Shown here in pieces: positions 62,701 to 64,000 of a stretch of 64,000 bases of DNA. Below the pieces are notes generated by a model. The model was given only the letters and a program-made list of their open reading frames with translations, was not told the DNA's origin and did no database searches. Location of the stretch: IMG/VR virus record IMGVR_UViG_3300045988_174992, one strand, 5' to 3'. The translations under genes and the position numbers were made by a program. This stretch comes from a virus. Positions within the stretch are counted from its first letter, which is position 1; each line of letters starts with the position of its first letter.

Positions 62701-63549
62701 TGCTTTACCATTATTATCAGAAGTAAATGTTACAGATCCTGCATGAGTATTAGATATAGAATTTCCATTAGAATCCTTATCTATATTGTAGTGAACTGTA
62801 TGTTTACCTGATATATCACCATATAATACTGACGGAGAATTGTCACTTATTATAAGATAATGGGCATTGCTACCAGTAGAGATATCTCCTGATGAAGAAG
62901 TAATAGATATGTTGTTACTTGTACTCCCATTTGCCGTTTGAAAAGATACCCAATTTACTGGAGAGTTTGCTGTGAATACAGTATAAGGAGCATCATAGTT
63001 ATAATATCCTTGAGCAACACCCTTTATTTGTTTGTTATCTCCTGCGAAAGAAGATGCGGTATTGAATACAACTTCTTTATTATTATTCCCATCTAATCCA
63101 TTTACTCTTATATTAGCATCAAAATAACGTAAACCAGCTAAGATTCTAGAAGGATTGAAATTGTTAGTTCCCTTTAATTGATGACTAGTAGAAGTATATG
63201 TTACTGGATTGTTAGATTTACCTTCTGTACCACCGTTAAACCAACTTAGCAACCCATAATTAAGAGAAGTTGTTTTTATTGGATGAGTACCAACATTTGA
63301 CTTGAGTTTCCAATCTATTCTATAAGTTTTACTTGTACTATTTATGACTTTATCATAATTGACACTATTGTTGTGTGTCTTAGAATAATCAGAATTTGAA
63401 GAAAATCCTGTATTGGATATAGTAATATTATTTGCACCAACAGTATTAACTACTCTAGCTAATGCATCAATAGCTGGTTGACCATTCATTGTAAATGGTA
63501 AATTTTTGTTAGAATCTCTAAATTTTGGGTTGCCATATTCTGTTGCCAT
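59716..63549 (-). CDS. large virion surface/fibre protein with multiple BACON-like Ig repeats (1277 aa)
   Basis: S/T/N-rich. The repeat ends match the BACON pattern (N..R.a.itv...i.v.Q.G): NPRNATITY...FTIYQDGG, SDRNITVNT...TTVTQAGS, SEITVTQAGI and VSRNASVTL...ISGFSQSGE. A DWLTVTN motif is also present. Confidence 0.55.
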   Translation of the reverse strand: MATEYGNPKFRDSNKNLPFTMNGQPAIDALARVVNTVGANNITISNTGFSSNSDYSKTHNNSVNYDKVINSTSKTYRIDWKLKSNVGTHPIKTTSLNYGLLSWFNGGTEGKSNNPVTYTSTSHQLKGTNNFNPSRILAGLRYFDANIRVNGLDGNNNKEVVFNTASSFAGDNKQIKGVAQGYYNYDAPYTVFTANSPVNWVSFQTANGSTSNNISITSSSGDISTGSNAHYLIISDNSPSVLYGDISGKHTVHYNIDKDSNGNSISNTHAGSVTFTSDNNGKAFVTTNTDKSNSTSNPRNATITYSLTDYNTSSSGNSGTLSGSFTIYQDGGTIDDPKDPELTYSWKITSGSEYVSGTRIVSTTVNAKKDNNGYQQYSYQNKYIITVKDNSGTIGSITGTPSISSINNPKPIYKTGTFNISGLSMTPAVNTSDRNITVNTKVSGNYYTNFNVSNPSIDTTVTQAGSSWIPNPTVVGKLSITCENPQTDKIDQSNPASFKIRQLSSNDYSTSLSNVTLSKGNNEFGYRFGTISASLTNISVSGKIKVEESANKTFGISGESKSLISLYPETLTFIPGYSKKVDDIKWKLKFTPDTTQNSKQITNVNSSEITVTQAGIPQGSEMTYNPLTISGVSSSDWLTVTNSCTFNYNDYSNYTRYNPNKMTLNADPNRTSVDEITVTDTTNSNIYDVKISKAHEAVSRNASVTLKSSDSKTTLEKTTISGFSQSGETINCTVSLSYTNPNAVNNKYVNLIGTSLSISDTKTHSLNIPRGTTGHTNNIISSFTAEKNGSNDKLTITTNDNAETLWWKANSSVDVGLTLNATGTNLGKYSLNKDKITVSIPGDSTVTPSIKWYSRSTANGDWTEISSESSKLSINVSGNAASATASSPSVEKRNGVGLFDNPFKITRGKPSYDSSLVYYKVESNTGGYAGNDNSVYVERTDGNNGFGSKSIKYDETNIRVDYSKSDYFIEVTESDLHGDGSDPNTMYKNWYKYGPTIVVGNPGFYNSIKEVISRNLVLSNNTLHMDKEIPEKISGLDTRRTYIVCPSVSGSITAKWKLKAYVKGMKDSVYAYDEGVFTSDKYYQNEGHDGHLVEHNIIVGYPDNEWDNGSTATLINWVVTPKMSKTDYTESISCKVTVMWFDTEESSDTITWSTKILATDIVFEGEFRCSDDKTITAFDNDKTYNTSAWIDNYKVTAKSGSKVKDITSDYPISSILNSTSKKLTAVIGTSGTNKGDAKYTYKLTIPNISTANVKNNITGGTEKTVHLYCYGKSYYNG

Positions 63550-63559
63550 TTTTAAAATA

Positions 63560-63928
63560 CTAATTCTTTTTTTCTGTAGTATATCTTTCTTGTCTCATAT
63601 ACCCAGGACATGTATCTTTATTTATATTTACTTTTACAGTAAGATTTATGTTCCAAGGAGTTGTAGACCTCATTCTCTTTATTCTGAATGTTGTTGAAAC
63701 ATCACAGAATTCTGCATTTGATGGTGTATCTATATTACTTTCTGATTGGGACATATAACCAGATTGTGCCCAGTTCTTCCCATCTATTCCAACTATATCA
63801 GAATCATTTTTCTTATTGTTTGGATTTGTCGAGTTGTTATAATCATCTGAAGTGTAACCTACATAATATTTCTCTATTGGATAATTTGTATTGTTATCTT
63901 CATTATTTATATATTTAGGGTATAGCAA
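63560..63928 (-). CDS. hypothetical protein (122 aa)
   Basis: ORF abutting the BACON-repeat gene, likely part of the same late operon. Confidence 0.5.
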   Translation of the reverse strand: MLYPKYINNEDNNTNYPIEKYYVGYTSDDYNNSTNPNNKKNDSDIVGIDGKNWAQSGYMSQSESNIDTPSNAEFCDVSTTFRIKRMRSTTPWNINLTVKVNINKDTCPGYMRQERYTTEKKN

Positions 63929-64000
63929 TATTCTTATTATCTTATCAGCAGATTTCCCATTAGCTATTTGTACTCCATAATTAGATAAGAATCTATTTCT

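Overview
This is a visibly AT-rich 64-kb piece of a large tailed dsDNA phage genome. About 80 protein genes are packed tightly, mostly on the minus strand. Plus-strand blocks lie at 12.6-13.0, 19.2-19.7, 29.3-40.8 and 43.0-44.3 kb. The host is probably an anaerobic Bacteroidota bacterium. Evidence: 18 intergenic copies of a Bacteroides-type -33 TTTG / -7 TAtaTT promoter, a Bacteroidota-style signal peptide on an OmpA-family protein, BACON-like repeats in a 1277-aa virion protein, and a class III (anaerobic) ribonucleotide reductase.

Recognisable content:
- nrdD split by a 297-nt group I intron, plus nrdG.
- A DHH/DHHA1 phosphoesterase.
- A lysis-like cassette: a GH24 endolysin with an N-terminal hydrophobic anchor, a membrane/coiled-coil protein and several tiny membrane proteins.
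- A T4 gp32-like SSB with a bacterial-SSB-type DDLPF tail.
- A free-standing homing-endonuclease-like gene carrying a perfect 69-bp tandem duplication.
- An OmpA-family protein and a thymidylate-kinase-like gene.
- A baseplate module (gp25/W-like and J/gp6-like), a ParB/Srx-fold protein and an AAA+ ATPase.
- A DinG/XPD-type helicase and a RuvC-like resolvase.
- A tail-tube-family protein, a 2172-aa tape measure protein and a BACON-repeat protein.

Most interesting:
1. A tightly coupled operon at 22.1-28.0 kb, with partner genes at 40.9-42.9 kb. It combines a T4 beta-glucosyltransferase-like DNA glycosyltransferase, NDP-sugar synthesis enzymes (KdsD-type SIS, KdsC-type HAD, kinase, nucleotidyltransferase) and a peptidase-U32-family Fe-S enzyme. 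I read this as a candidate DNA sugar-hypermodification system with a possibly new anaerobic hydroxylation step.
2. Two tandem RimK-type ATP-grasp ligases, one fused to an NlpC/P60 peptidase, at the head of the baseplate module.
3. A GC-rich ~100-nt structured element present three times, each directly after a stop codon.

All functional calls rest on motifs read by eye and on remembered family consensus. No database search was run.
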